Assembly: GCA_000708835.1 (NCBI GenBank)
Contig: DF237096.1
Location: 62,001-126,000 of the forward strand
Direction of reading: 5' to 3'
Origin: Klebsormidium nitens
Taxonomy: Eukaryota > Plantae > Klebsormidiophyceae
DNA: 64,000 nt
Shown here: one piece after another, positions 63,120 to 64,000 of the stretch
Layout of the letters: the number at the start of each line of letters is the position of its first letter
How positions within the stretch are numbered: the stretch's first letter is position 1
Made by a program: the position numbers and the translations under genes
The notes under the pieces: model-generated
What the model was told of the DNA's origin: nothing
What the model saw: only the letters and a program-made list of their open reading frames with translations
Databases searched by the model: none

Positions 63120-63479
63120 CTAAGGCAACTTGTTGAAAAACACCAACCAAGGTGTTAGGCTAGCCGTTCGCTTCGTGAACGGCCTCCCCTTGTTCTTGTT
63201 GTGGCAGAAGCGAACTGCTTTCTTAAAGTGGTCCATAAGGTCGTCGCCTTCAGGGAGACCATCTTTCCTCGCATTTGTGCGTGCGAAGTACCACAGCATG
63301 TAGAGTTGCAATCCAGCGTCTATGTCCTTCGTTGCCAAATCTTCTATATCAGCCAAAAACTTCTTGTGCTCAGCGAGTGACAGATCCTGTCGGACCGCAG
63401 TGTCCCCCATGTTCCTGACGTGTCCTGTCCTGATATTAGCTTCCTTCTCCTGACTCTCTTGATGGCCTCCTTCCGCCAT
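63120..63479 (-). CDS. Unassigned intronless ORF (119 aa); possible orphan gene exon or transposon fragment
   Basis: ATG-initiated, protein-like charged helical composition (KKFLADIEDLATKDIDAGLQLYMLWYFAR). No family recognised. Confidence 0.3.
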   Translation of the reverse strand: MAEGGHQESQEKEANIRTGHVRNMGDTAVRQDLSLAEHKKFLADIEDLATKDIDAGLQLYMLWYFARTNARKDGLPEGDDLMDHFKKAVRFCHNKNKGRPFTKRTASLTPWLVFFNKLP

Positions 63480-64000
63480 AGGACATTGCTATATGACTTA
63501 AGTGTGACTTAAGTCGCTTCTTATGGTTCAAAGCCAAAAGATCAAATCATCACCTCAAAATCCTAGTGCTTCACATCGTTGCGGATGACTCTAGTATGAT
63601 GCACTGCATGTTCGCGCATGTGTCGGATGATCGTCGGCGCTCTCAGTGGCATATCGACGAGGCCGGGCCGCGCGGCGGCCGCTCTGCAACTTTCCAAAAC
63701 CCTGCCCGGATGTCCACGTGTCATCCACTGTGCTTTTGAAACATGACCGCCGGCCGACGTCACACCTGTCCAATTTTCCAAGTAGAATGCGGTTCGTGCG
63801 GCCACCAAATTTAAGTCTGACCAATGTACGGCTCTGAGCAAACAACCGGCAGACAGGAAGGTGCCAGACGCCTGGCGGCTCTGCCGCTGCGCAAGAAATG
63901 CTGCCCTGCAGTAGTCCTAGTGCGAACGGCATTGGCACAGCTGCCAGCAGCTGGTGAGCTGCGTCTTCTTGGCACTTGCAGACTGTTGGCAGCGCGTCTG

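Noticed and set aside
1-64000. Prokaryotic system, CRISPR array, rRNA or tRNA genes
   Set aside because: All recognisable genes are spliceosomal-intron-containing eukaryotic genes. No regularly spaced repeat-spacer array, rRNA-like block or tRNA cloverleaf was seen.

Overview
Eukaryotic, intron-rich nuclear DNA with no prokaryotic features: no rRNA, tRNA, CRISPR array or operon was found. The gene set mixes land-plant-like genes (VPS2.2-type, plant-type YqgF, At1g51550-like F-box/kelch) with a flagellar radial-spoke MORN gene and a GLG1-like gene, which suggests a streptophyte green alga such as Klebsormidium (inference only). Twelve spliced genes were rebuilt by hand with frame-consistent exons: GLG1-like (-, runs off the left edge), TCTP (+), SNU13 (-), VPS2/CHMP2 (+), VOC/glyoxalase-like (-), YqgF-like (+), PAM18/TIM14 (-), F-box/kelch (+), RSP10-like MORN (-), coiled-coil RING (+), Coa1-domain protein (-, 5' end uncertain) and NFS1 (+). 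Main observations: (1) many introns carry decayed tandem copies, mostly with a 110-160 bp period, of the adjacent splice junction plus exon edge ('shadow exons'); (2) all 12 genes form six consecutive head-to-head pairs; (3) the tail-to-tail spacers hold CATG/TGCA-rich islands; (4) three introns need GC donors; (5) a 289 bp TA-flanked MITE is present; (6) GC3 rises from 5' to 3' within genes. All family assignments come from remembered motifs, and no database search was run.
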